64,000 nt of DNA from Roseibacillus sp. (GCA_051251855.1 JBPOGI010000001.1:1120001-1184000), one strand, 5' to 3'; positions 50,302 to 59,933 are shown, numbered from the stretch's first letter. Notes: generated from the sequence alone by a model not told the origin. Translations and numbers: made by a program.

Positions 50302-53139
50302 ATGACCGAAGCACCCGAGCCCAACCGCCTCTTTCTCCTCGATGGTATGGCCCTCGTCTACCGCGCCCACTTTGCCCTCATTCGCAACCCCATCATGAAC
50401 TCCAAGGGCGTAAACACCTCCGCCCTCTTCGGATTCACCAATACTCTTCTCTCCATTATCCAAAACGAGAAGCCCACCCACCTCGCGGTTGCATGGGACA
50501 CCTCAGCCCCCACTCCTCGTCACGTAAAGTATCCCGAATACAAAGCCAACCGCGACGAGATGCCGGACGAGCTCCGCACCGCCATCCCTGCCTGCAAAGA
50601 ACTCTGCAAAGCCTTCGCCATCCCACTGCTCGAAATCGATGGCTACGAAGCAGACGACCTCATCGGAACCCTCGCCAAGACAGCAGACGACAAAGGCGAC
50701 TACCACACCTTCATGGTCACCCCCGACAAAGATTTTGCCCAGCTCATCTCTCCCAGAGCCACCATGTGGAAGCCCGGCCGCAAAGGCTCCGAATTCGAAG
50801 CCATCACACCCAAGCAGCTCCCCGAAATCTGGGGCGTGGAAGAGCCGCACCAAATCATCGACCTCCTCGGCCTCATGGGGGACGCCTCCGACAACATCCC
50901 CGGAGTCCCTGGCATCGGTCCCAAGACCGCAGTCAAACTCATCGCACAATTTGGTTCCATCGAGGAACTCCTCCAAAACACCGACAAGCTCAAAGGAAAG
51001 CAGAAGGAAAACGTCGAGAACAACAAAGAGAACGCGATCCTCTCCAAAGACCTCGCCACCATCATCCGCGACGCTCCCCTCGACGTCACTTTCGAAGACC
51101 TCGTCCTCAGTCCCTACAACGAAGAAGCCATTCAGAAAATTTTCGCCGAATACGAATTCCGCACCCTCGCCACCCGCCTCTTCGGCAAAGGAGCGCGGAG
51201 CACCAGCTCCGCCCCAGCAGAAACGTCCTCCTCCGAAGAACTCCCCACCCTCAAAACCCTCGCCGACACCAAGGCCAACTACATCCTCGTCAATTCCCCC
51301 GCCCTCGAAAAAGACCTCTTCGCCGCCCTCGAATCCGCCGACAGCTACTGCTTCGACCTCGAAACAACCTCCCTCGACCGCTTCGAGTCCAAAATCCTCG
51401 GCATCGCTTTCGCCCTCGAAACCGGCACCGCCTACTACCTTCCCTACAACCGCGTCCATCACGCGCGCCTGCAGGAACTTTTCTCCCAGCCCACCCAAAA
51501 GATCGGCCACAACCTCAAGTTCGATCTCCACATTCTCAACAGTCACGGCTTTACCGTCGCCGGTCCCTTCTTCGACACCATGATAGTCCACGCCTTGCTC
51601 TACCCCGAGCAGCGTCACACCATGGACCGCCTCGCCGAGAATCTTCTCAGCTATCAAACCATCAAGCTCACCGACCTCGCGGCCAAAGCCCAGGAAGAAG
51701 CCGAGGCCAAGAAAGCCAAAGAAGCAGCCGAAGAGGATCTCTTCTCTCTCGCCGCCACGAAGGAAAAGAAAAAGCCAGCCTCCAAGAAAGTCGAGATCGA
51801 CATGAAGGCCATCCCTCTGGAAGACCTCGCCGAATACGCCGCTGAGGATGCCGACATCACCCTTCAACTCGCTCATCTCCTCCGCCCACTGTTAGAAGAA
51901 AACAAACTCACCGAAGTCTACCAAACCATCGAAGCCCCTCTTCTCCCTGTCCTGGTGCAAATGGAAGCCGAAGGCATCGCCCTCGCGCCTGACCTCCTCG
52001 CCGAAGTCGGAGTCGACCTGACCAACCGCATCGACAATCTTTCCCAAACCATCACCGCCGCCGCAGGGCAAGAGTTTAACCTCAACTCCCCCAAGCAACT
52101 GGGCGAAATCCTCTTTGAAAAACTCAAACTGGTCGATAAACCTAAGAAGACCAAGACCGGTCAATACAGCACCAACGAGCAAACCCTTTCCCTCCTCGCC
52201 GTAGAGCACCCCATCGCCGCCGATATCCTCCTTTACCGTCAAGCCACCAAGCTCAAGTCCACCTACGTCGATGCCCTCCCCAACGACATCGCCCCCCACG
52301 ACAACCGCATCCACACCCACCTCCACCAACACGTCGCCGCCACCGGTCGCCTCGCCTCCAGCGACCCCAATCTGCAGAACATCCCCGTCCGTAGCGACCT
52401 CGGCCGCGAAATCCGCAAAGCCTTCGTCCCTCGCGACACCTTCACCCTCCTCGCCGCCGACTACTCCCAAATCGAGCTCCGCATCATGGCCGCCCTCTCT
52501 GGCGACCCCTCCATGATTGCCGCTTTCCAAAACGACCGCGACATCCACACCGAGACCGCCGCCAAGGTTTTCGGAGTTTCCAGCGAAGAAGTCACTAGCG
52601 ACCAACGCCGCACCGCCAAGATGGTCAACTTCGGCATCATCTACGGCATCTCTGCCTTCGGACTCTCCCAACGCCTCGCCATTCCCCGCGCTGAAGCCTC
52701 CGAAATCATCGAAGCCTACTGGAAAGAGTATCCCAGAATCAAAGACTTCATGAACGCCACCATCGAGTCGGCCAAAGAACTGGGCTACACCGAGACCATC
52801 AGCGGACGCCGCCGCTACTTCCCCGAAATCAACTCCGGCAACGGCACCGTGCGCGCCAATGCCGAACGCGCCGCCATCAACACTCCCATTCAAGGAACCG
52901 CCGCCGACATGATCAAGCTCGCCATGATCGAAACCGCCGAACTGCTCACCAAGCAAGAGACCCAATCAAAAATGCTCCTCCAAGTGCACGACGAACTCCT
53001 CTTCGACCTTCACGACAGCGAAGCCGAAACCCTCCCCGCCCAAATCGTCACCACCATGGAAGAAGCCCTCGTCCTCCCCAACGACGTCCCAATCAAAGTC
53101 GAAGTCGGCACCGGCCAAACATGGCTCGAAGCCCACTAA
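50302..53139 (+). CDS. polA: DNA polymerase I
   Basis: 5'-3' exo (YEADD, GDASDNIPG), 3'-5' exo (DLETT, NLKFD, YAAED), polymerase motifs ADYSQIELR, KMVNFGIIYG, QVHDE. Confidence 0.98.
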   Translation: MTEAPEPNRLFLLDGMALVYRAHFALIRNPIMNSKGVNTSALFGFTNTLLSIIQNEKPTHLAVAWDTSAPTPRHVKYPEYKANRDEMPDELRTAIPACKELCKAFAIPLLEIDGYEADDLIGTLAKTADDKGDYHTFMVTPDKDFAQLISPRATMWKPGRKGSEFEAITPKQLPEIWGVEEPHQIIDLLGLMGDASDNIPGVPGIGPKTAVKLIAQFGSIEELLQNTDKLKGKQKENVENNKENAILSKDLATIIRDAPLDVTFEDLVLSPYNEEAIQKIFAEYEFRTLATRLFGKGARSTSSAPAETSSSEELPTLKTLADTKANYILVNSPALEKDLFAALESADSYCFDLETTSLDRFESKILGIAFALETGTAYYLPYNRVHHARLQELFSQPTQKIGHNLKFDLHILNSHGFTVAGPFFDTMIVHALLYPEQRHTMDRLAENLLSYQTIKLTDLAAKAQEEAEAKKAKEAAEEDLFSLAATKEKKKPASKKVEIDMKAIPLEDLAEYAAEDADITLQLAHLLRPLLEENKLTEVYQTIEAPLLPVLVQMEAEGIALAPDLLAEVGVDLTNRIDNLSQTITAAAGQEFNLNSPKQLGEILFEKLKLVDKPKKTKTGQYSTNEQTLSLLAVEHPIAADILLYRQATKLKSTYVDALPNDIAPHDNRIHTHLHQHVAATGRLASSDPNLQNIPVRSDLGREIRKAFVPRDTFTLLAADYSQIELRIMAALSGDPSMIAAFQNDRDIHTETAAKVFGVSSEEVTSDQRRTAKMVNFGIIYGISAFGLSQRLAIPRAEASEIIEAYWKEYPRIKDFMNATIESAKELGYTETISGRRRYFPEINSGNGTVRANAERAAINTPIQGTAADMIKLAMIETAELLTKQETQSKMLLQVHDELLFDLHDSEAETLPAQIVTTMEEALVLPNDVPIKVEVGTGQTWLEAH

Positions 53140-53226
53140 AAGAAGGACCTCAAATGCCCACACTCGCCGCTACGTCATGCCCCACAGCCTTCTGGACTTC
53201 AAATCCCGAAATGCCATCCTCGCGGA

Positions 53227-55386
53227 ATGACTCTCCGCAACATCCTCCCAACCATCACTCTCATAGTCGGGATTGCTTTGGGACTCATGGGAGCAAGGAC
53301 CTTCCCTTCCTCCGGACAAACCTCCAACACCTCCGCTCACACCAAATCTAACGCACAAAACTCCTCGAGATTCAGAAATCCTTCTCACGCCCAAGCCAAC
53401 AAAACCTCCCCTTCAAGCAATATCTTTACCGGTTCCGCAGAAGATCTTCTCGCCCTCCTTCCAGCCAACAACACGTGGATTCCGACTGTTCGGTTTCTCT
53501 CCACCGTCGAAAGACTGCCCCAAGAACAGGTCGAAACTTTGTTAGAGGAACTGCAAAGCGCCTCCCGTTCGGAGGGGGTTAGGATGGCTGAAAACACCCT
53601 CATCCGTCGCTGGGCTCAACTTGATCCCGAAGGGGCATTTACTGCTACCCAAAGCTTTGACCCTAAAAAAATCAGATTCGATCTCATTGCGACCGTCACG
53701 ACAGAGATGGCTTCACAGAATCTCGAACGATCCATTTCCTATGCGGACACTCTCACCAACAAGCTTGAGAAAAAACTCTTTTTGGAGGGGATAGCAAAGG
53801 CCATCACCGAGCAAGACGCTGAACGGGCCCTTAAACTTTTCGCGCAGGCAATCAAAGAAGATTCATCTACCGGAACCATGTCTCAGTCCTCTTCGCACTA
53901 CTCTAACATGACCTATTTAGCTTGGCTAAAACAGGACCCAAACGCCGCTATCGCAGCAGTCGCAGGAATTGAAGACCCTGCCAAACGTTTTCAAAATCAG
54001 AAGAATTTTGCACGCGCACTTGCAACAAGAGATCCGGAGAAAGCTCTCTCTTTAGCTTTGAGTTTGAAAGGAACTGAGCGACTTGAATTGCTGGATGGTG
54101 TGATTACAAATACGGCCCGTAAGGACCCTCAGAAAGCTCTCACTTTTCTCAAGGAAATTCCTGACGGCCCGAAGAGAGACGACGCTCTCAACAGTCTGTA
54201 TAATAGTTGGTTAAAAAAAGATCCCGAACAGGCCCAGGCTTGGATGCAAGCGCTCCCAAAAAAGGAACAAGCAAAGGTTCTTCGAGAAAGTATCAATCAT
54301 CTGGCCAAGCACGATATCGAAGGAGCGCTCGACCTCTTGGATAGCTTTCCTCCCAGCGCTGATACTCCGGGCCATTATTCAAGTCTCATTGACCGCTGGG
54401 CTGATTCTGATCCTGTGGCAGCTCAAGCATGGGTTGAGCAACTGCCTCCCGGGCCGGCCCGAGAATCAGCCTTGGATGAACTCGTAGAGCACCTCACGAT
54501 AAAGAAGCCTTCTCAAGCCGCCTCTCTCCTCGCGGGAGAACTCATCAATAGCGGGAATAGCCGCGATGTCTCCCAAATCGCCGAGAAGTGGGTTCTCACC
54601 GATCCAGACGCCACCTTAGCTTGGTTAGGCTCTCTGAAAGCCTCCGGAACGACCCGACAAACCTTCATTGCAGAAACCATCTATCACCTCGCTGAGAAAG
54701 AACCCGCAAAAGCCGCGGCCTATACCCTCGACATCGAGGATCCTAAAGTCCGTGAAGGAGCAATCAAGTCACTTGTCTTTGGATGGGGGGAGCAAGATTT
54801 GGAAAGCGCCAAAACTTGGATCAAAGCCCATCTCACAAAATCCGAACAAGCGAGCGCTCATAGCTCCTTGATCAGAAAACTCAGTTACAAGGAACCAGCC
54901 AAAGCCCTCGCGCTTCTCGAAGAAGCATCTCGAGGGCTCGCCCCTGAGGAAATTAGAACGCATTTCAGTCGTAACATGAGTGCTATTGCCACTTCTTGGG
55001 CCGGGACCGATCCTGCCGCTGCAGCCTCATGGGCACAGGGCCAAACTGACCCCAAGGACCGGCAAACATTGATAGCCAAGGTGGTCGACAAGTGGGCTCG
55101 ATATGACACCACTAGCGCCGCCAATTTTGTGCTCACTCTCGACGAAGGCGGGGAACGCGATTCCGCGATCAAGAACTTAGCTAAGGATCTCGCTCGGTGG
55201 GATCCCGAGTCAGCCTTCCTCTGGGCGGATAGTGCCGCAGATGAGAAAGCCCGCGAAAGCATCATCCGTTCCACTATCAACACTTGGAAGCAATCCAATC
55301 CCGAAGCCGCCCGAGAGGCCGTTCTCGGAGCCAACATCACCGAGGAGCAAAGAGCCAGCATCCTCAAAGGATTCAAATCGAACTAA
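53227..55386 (+). CDS. Membrane-anchored alpha-helical repeat protein
   Basis: N-terminal TM, S/T linker, many WAxxDPxAAxxW repeats; same type as 40128..41438. Confidence 0.82.
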   Translation: MTLRNILPTITLIVGIALGLMGARTFPSSGQTSNTSAHTKSNAQNSSRFRNPSHAQANKTSPSSNIFTGSAEDLLALLPANNTWIPTVRFLSTVERLPQEQVETLLEELQSASRSEGVRMAENTLIRRWAQLDPEGAFTATQSFDPKKIRFDLIATVTTEMASQNLERSISYADTLTNKLEKKLFLEGIAKAITEQDAERALKLFAQAIKEDSSTGTMSQSSSHYSNMTYLAWLKQDPNAAIAAVAGIEDPAKRFQNQKNFARALATRDPEKALSLALSLKGTERLELLDGVITNTARKDPQKALTFLKEIPDGPKRDDALNSLYNSWLKKDPEQAQAWMQALPKKEQAKVLRESINHLAKHDIEGALDLLDSFPPSADTPGHYSSLIDRWADSDPVAAQAWVEQLPPGPARESALDELVEHLTIKKPSQAASLLAGELINSGNSRDVSQIAEKWVLTDPDATLAWLGSLKASGTTRQTFIAETIYHLAEKEPAKAAAYTLDIEDPKVREGAIKSLVFGWGEQDLESAKTWIKAHLTKSEQASAHSSLIRKLSYKEPAKALALLEEASRGLAPEEIRTHFSRNMSAIATSWAGTDPAAAASWAQGQTDPKDRQTLIAKVVDKWARYDTTSAANFVLTLDEGGERDSAIKNLAKDLARWDPESAFLWADSAADEKARESIIRSTINTWKQSNPEAAREAVLGANITEEQRASILKGFKSN

Positions 55387-55388
55387 GG

Positions 55389-55513
55389 CGAGCTCTTTCG
55401 TAGTTGAATTGGCCGCAAACTCAGCAGCCCTTGCTAACGCTCAACTTCCAAGAAGGCATTTACGATAGAAAGAAGCCACAAGTAAGGAACTTGTCCCAAC
55501 TACGAACAGCTCG
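55389..55513. repeat. 125-bp element bounded by imperfect 17-18 bp inverted repeats
   Basis: CGAGCTCTTTCGTAGTTG (55389-55406) and CAACTACGAACAGCTCG (55497-55513). Confidence 0.55.
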
Positions 55514-55681
55514 ACTGAACCCACGAAAATCACAACTTGCTAGTTTCGCAAAGGGGTCAGATCTAACATTTCTAGAAATGCTGAGCTCTATATCATGATC
55601 GAAATGCGTTACGAAAACCATGCTGACAAAGCTTGAAAAGGCGGCTTGTTTGGGGGGGGGAATACTTGATATGAATCAGCC

Positions 55682-56986
55682 ATGACCTCATTCCAATTTC
55701 TACGCTCATTGTGCACTCTCTGTAGCATAGGCCTCGCCACCCAATTGACCCTTCTTGCCGCAGATCCTACTCCAGAGCGGGACTGGAACTCCAAGGCTGG
55801 CACGACGATCAAAGCGGTAGCTCAGACGGTTGAAAAGAAGACTGTTTCTTTGGTTACCACTGATGGCCGGACTCTGAAGGTCCCACTCGACAAGCTTACC
55901 AATGAGGACCAAGCGTTCCTCATTGAGCACTTTTCCATTGCGATGCCCAAGCCAGGTGAAGCCTTTGGCAGTGATTTAGCCCCAGCCAGTGGACTCCCGC
56001 AAGATTTGGGTGAATCGGCAGCTCCGATTGTCGCGAGCAGCACTTCCAAATACCTTATTTATTTACCGACTACTCTTAAGGAAGGCCGCTCTGCGCCTCT
56101 CCTCTTTTGGACTCATTCTGGCGGTGGCAGCCCCAAAATCTTGAACCACATGAAGCGCGGTGCAGAGTTCAATGGTTGGATCGTCGCCTGTTCAATGGAG
56201 TCTCGAAATAACAATGGTTTCGAGCAGAACCACGAGAACACGAAAGACTGTCTCAAGCACATCAAAGAGAACTTCCCCATCGATCCAGACCGCATCTATT
56301 TCACGGGATCGTCGGGTGGTGCCGCAACCGCGTTCTACAACGCAGTTCATCTTCCCCATGCCGGAGTCCTTTCCTCTGTCGGCTATCTCAATGGAGGAAC
56401 CCCTTCCGGCGGCGACTACTTCATTTCGGGAGGAGCTTATGACTTTAACCGCTATATTTCTGCACGTGCCGGGAAAATGGTCGGAGAAAGAAAGAGCACT
56501 CTTCGCTATCACCCAAAAGGACACGGTGTCGTTCCCGATTGGCTCATCAACGACGGAATGCTCTGGCTCAATCTTCGCTATCTTGAGGGCAAAGAGAAGA
56601 AGATGACCGCCGAGTGCCAAGACTTTGAGTTCCAAACCTTAGCTTGGCTTAACGAGCGCCGCGCCGAACACCCTCACCGAGCATACCATGCCGCCTTACA
56701 AATAACTCAGGCGCTTGAGATTTCGGACCACAACGCCCCCTTCTTCGAAAAGATGATGTCTGAGCTAGGGACGGAGCTGAATAAACGCTACGTTGAGGGC
56801 CTTGAAGAAATGGAAGATTTTGGACGTTCCAAGTTAGAACCTTATGGGGATTCATCTCAGATGAAGCATACCACTCCTCAGCTAGAAGCTGCTGCTCAGA
56901 AACTCTCCACAAAATACGCAGGCGTCCCCGAGATCGAAGAGCTCGCCCTCTTGCTAGGCCGGATCACTGATAAGCTTGGGAAGTAA
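55682..56986 (+). CDS. Secreted SHD1-like domain + alpha/beta-hydrolase-fold protein
   Basis: Signal peptide; RDW...VPLDKLTNEDQAFL SHD1-like pattern; IDPDRIYFTGSSGGA nucleophile elbow; KGHG. Confidence 0.78.
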   Translation: MTSFQFLRSLCTLCSIGLATQLTLLAADPTPERDWNSKAGTTIKAVAQTVEKKTVSLVTTDGRTLKVPLDKLTNEDQAFLIEHFSIAMPKPGEAFGSDLAPASGLPQDLGESAAPIVASSTSKYLIYLPTTLKEGRSAPLLFWTHSGGGSPKILNHMKRGAEFNGWIVACSMESRNNNGFEQNHENTKDCLKHIKENFPIDPDRIYFTGSSGGAATAFYNAVHLPHAGVLSSVGYLNGGTPSGGDYFISGGAYDFNRYISARAGKMVGERKSTLRYHPKGHGVVPDWLINDGMLWLNLRYLEGKEKKMTAECQDFEFQTLAWLNERRAEHPHRAYHAALQITQALEISDHNAPFFEKMMSELGTELNKRYVEGLEEMEDFGRSKLEPYGDSSQMKHTTPQLEAAAQKLSTKYAGVPEIEELALLLGRITDKLGK

Positions 56987-57046
56987 GCCGTAAGCTCAAA
57001 GTGAATCTACTCCCCTTGACGACGTAACTCGGTGAGGGACAACCCC

Positions 57047-57077
57047 AAAAAAACCGACTCCACAAATCGTGGGTCGG
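57047..57077 (-). terminator. Rho-independent terminator of the redoxin gene
   Basis: Minus strand CCGACCCAC-GATTT-GTGGAGTCGG then T7. Confidence 0.7.
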
Positions 57078-57125
57078 CTCCCCTTCTTCTCCTCAATGAG
57101 GCCGGAGAGACCGGTTACCTCTGGG

Positions 57126-57629
57126 TCACTTCTTGCCAGAAGTAGCCGCTTTTAGAGCTTTATCGAAAGCTCGATCCATAATCCCTTGGAAGATTAAAAC
57201 TCCTGCTTCGTCGATGATCATGACCTTAGGTGACTTTCCTCCATCCAGAAATTCTCCAAACTTCTCTTTGTCGTATTTAATCCCTTTTTCGTGATAGACG
57301 GGGAGCCTCAAGTCTAAGGCTTCAGCGGTAGCCTTTCCCTTGGCTGGCTTGTCTGCTTTGTGAGCGACAAGAAAGGTCGCGCCACTGCTCTTCTTCCGAC
57401 GGGCCAGTTTCTCAAACTGAGGAAGGCCCGCGTTGCATGCTTGTCAGTGCGAAGGCCATGAGGCCAACACGACGACTTTCCCGTCAATATCCGAACGCTC
57501 CAACTCAGGGCCAAACAGGTGCTGCTTAAGAGTAATATAGGAATTCTTCCCTTCGACATTTTCCTCTGCTGAAATCGAAGCAGATAGAAATGCGAATACG
57601 AAGATGGGTAACAATTTCATTAACTTCAT
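57126..57629 (-). CDS. Secreted TlpA/ResA-like redoxin, predicted selenoprotein (UxxC)
   Basis: ORFs 57444..57650 and 57126..57311 are one frame joined through TGA 57444-57446: GKVVVLASWPSH-U-QAC-NAGLPQFEKL...SPKVMIIDEAG; start 57629 or 57620. Confidence 0.85.
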
Positions 57630-57847
57630 CTTCTTTAAAATAGGCCGCATCCCCCTACTGAAAAGCTTAAAATGAGTTCAACCTCGATACCTAGACCACC
57701 ATCCGTATTCGAATTTGGCGTAGCGCCAATTTCAAAGTGACGATAGTTCGATCTTCGACGAAACCAACCCTCGCTTTCTCACCAATTCCAAAATGCGTTC
57801 TCGATTCTCATTGCGAAAATACGGGAAGGGCTGACTCTGTGGACATC

Positions 57848-58855
57848 GTGAAAGACGTCGTCGACATCAACCGCCCTTCCCCGCAGGCCCTTCTGCAGAA
57901 AATTGCCCGATTCGGGTTCATTCCCGTGGCCATCATCCTTCTTGGCCTTATCGCCATTTTCACCTCCATTTACCAAGTTCCGGCCGACTCCAATGCGGTC
58001 ATCCTTCGTTTTGGAAAGTATACCAAGACCGTCGACCGCGGACTCCATTTCAAGATGCCCTTCGGCATCGACCGTAAATACGTCATTCCCGTCCGCCGCC
58101 AGCTTAAGATGGAATTCGGATTCGGCACCGCAGGTTCAACGAATCGCTACCAATGGGCTTCGCGTCAGGTGCAGGCCGAAGAAATGTCCATGATCACCGG
58201 CGACCGCAACGCCGCCCTCGTCGAATGGGTAGTGCAATACCGCATCGATGACGCTCAGAGTTACCTCTTCCGGGTCCGCAATCCTGAAATGACCTTGCGA
58301 CATGCTTCTGAATCCGTGATGCGTGAAGTAGTCGGCGACCGCACCGTCGACGAAGTCATCACCATCGGCCGCCAAGGCATCGAAGTTGAAGCAGTGGAAA
58401 AACTACAAGCCCTCGTCAACGATTACGGACTCGGCTTCGGCATCACCCAAGTGCAGCTCAAAAACATCAACCCTCCCCGCGCCGTTCAAGCCTCCTTCAA
58501 CGAAGTCAACCAAGCGCAGCAAGAACGAGACCGCATGGTCAACATTGCTCGTGGTGAATACAACAAGAAGGTCCCCCGCGCCAAGGGTGTGGCCGACCAA
58601 AAGGTGGCCGAAGCCGAGGGCCAAGCCACCCAGCGAATCAACGAAGCTACCGGTGATGCCGAGCGCTTCCTCGCTCTCTTTACCGAATACGAAAAGGCCC
58701 CCGACATTACCCGCGAGCGCCTTTACCTAGAACGCATGAAAGAAGTGCTTCCCAATATCAAAAGCAAAATCATTATCGACGGAGAAACCGGCAACGCCCC
58801 TCTCCCTCTTCTCCACCTCGGCGGAGAAGCAACTCAACTGAAAGGAAATCAATAG
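57848..58855 (+). CDS. hflK: FtsH protease modulator HflK
   Basis: TM, LRFGK, GLHFKMPFGID, MITGD, PDITRERLYLE; exact start uncertain. Confidence 0.93.
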   Translation: MKDVVDINRPSPQALLQKIARFGFIPVAIILLGLIAIFTSIYQVPADSNAVILRFGKYTKTVDRGLHFKMPFGIDRKYVIPVRRQLKMEFGFGTAGSTNRYQWASRQVQAEEMSMITGDRNAALVEWVVQYRIDDAQSYLFRVRNPEMTLRHASESVMREVVGDRTVDEVITIGRQGIEVEAVEKLQALVNDYGLGFGITQVQLKNINPPRAVQASFNEVNQAQQERDRMVNIARGEYNKKVPRAKGVADQKVAEAEGQATQRINEATGDAERFLALFTEYEKAPDITRERLYLERMKEVLPNIKSKIIIDGETGNAPLPLLHLGGEATQLKGNQ

Positions 58856-58856
58856 A

Positions 58857-59933
58857 ATGAAACGAGGACTCTACGCCTTCATCGGCCTCATTGTTGTGCT
58901 GGTGCTCTTAGTCGCAACTGGCTCCTTCTTTACTGTTCGAGAAGACCGTCAGGTCATCCTGACTCAGTTTGGAAAACCCATGGGCGATCCTATCGTCGAG
59001 CCTGGGCTCAAATTCAAGCTCCCCTTCATTCAGGTCGCCAACCAAATGGAAAAGCGCGTGCTCGAGTGGGACGGTCAAAGCACCCAGATGCCCACTCGGG
59101 ACAAACTGTATATCAAGGTCGACACCTTCGCTCGTTGGGAGATTGAAAACCCGCTCGAATACTTTGAGAAACTGCGAGACGAGCGAAGCGCCAAGTCTCG
59201 TCTTGATGACATTTTGGGAAGTGAAACTCGCAACATGGTCGCCAAACACGACCTCATCGAAATCATCCGAAGCACCAAAGGTCGCGAACCTCAGCAGCAA
59301 GAGGACATCGGGGAAATTCTTGGCGAGCAAGGAACTCTCGAGCCCATTCGGATCGGCCGCAGTGCCATCGAAAAAGAAATTCATACCGCAGCGAAGGGGA
59401 AGCTCGAAGACTTCGGCATCCGCTTGTTAGATGTTCGCTTCAAGCGCATCAACTACACCTCTGCCGTGGAGAGCCGCATCTTCGAGCGCATGATTTCTGA
59501 GCGTCAGCAAATCGCGGAGCGCTTCCGCTCCGAGGGAGCTGGTGAAGCCGCCCGTATTCTCGGAAACATGGAAAAAGAAGTTCGCACCATCGACTCCGAA
59601 GCTTACAAGCGCATTCAAACCGAACTCGGTCGTGCTGATGCCGAGTCCACCCGCATCTATGCCGAAGCCTATGGCGCCACTTCCCAGCAGGAAGAATTCT
59701 ACAGCTTCACCAAAACCCTGGAAGCCTATCAGGAAATTCTTGGTAAAGATACTTCGCTCATTCTCTCCACAGACAGCGACCTTTTCCAAATGCTCAAAGG
59801 GCATTCGAAGAAGCCCGAGGTCAAAGCGGTTTCTGCCCCCGCCCCTGTGAAAAAGAAAGCTCCGCGACCTCCAGCGGTTGTTCCTCAGCCCCAAGTGGAA
59901 GACACACCTCCACTATCGATTAGCGAAGAGTAA
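58857..59933 (+). CDS. hflC: FtsH protease modulator HflC
   Basis: QFGKP, PGLKFKLPF, RMISER...RSEG, FYSFTKTLEAY. Confidence 0.94.
   Translation: MKRGLYAFIGLIVVLVLLVATGSFFTVREDRQVILTQFGKPMGDPIVEPGLKFKLPFIQVANQMEKRVLEWDGQSTQMPTRDKLYIKVDTFARWEIENPLEYFEKLRDERSAKSRLDDILGSETRNMVAKHDLIEIIRSTKGREPQQQEDIGEILGEQGTLEPIRIGRSAIEKEIHTAAKGKLEDFGIRLLDVRFKRINYTSAVESRIFERMISERQQIAERFRSEGAGEAARILGNMEKEVRTIDSEAYKRIQTELGRADAESTRIYAEAYGATSQQEEFYSFTKTLEAYQEILGKDTSLILSTDSDLFQMLKGHSKKPEVKAVSAPAPVKKKAPRPPAVVPQPQVEDTPPLSISEE

Noticed and set aside
50157..52965. Long alternative-frame and antisense ORFs over polA (also over rmuC, pheT, DUF1800 genes)
   Set aside because: Low-complexity shadows caused by C-ending codon bias; no recognisable motifs
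57126..57650. Redoxin as a nonsense pseudogene
   Set aside because: The only interruption is at the catalytic Cys codon; the rest of the frame, the signal peptide and the terminator are intact. Not formally excluded without selABCD
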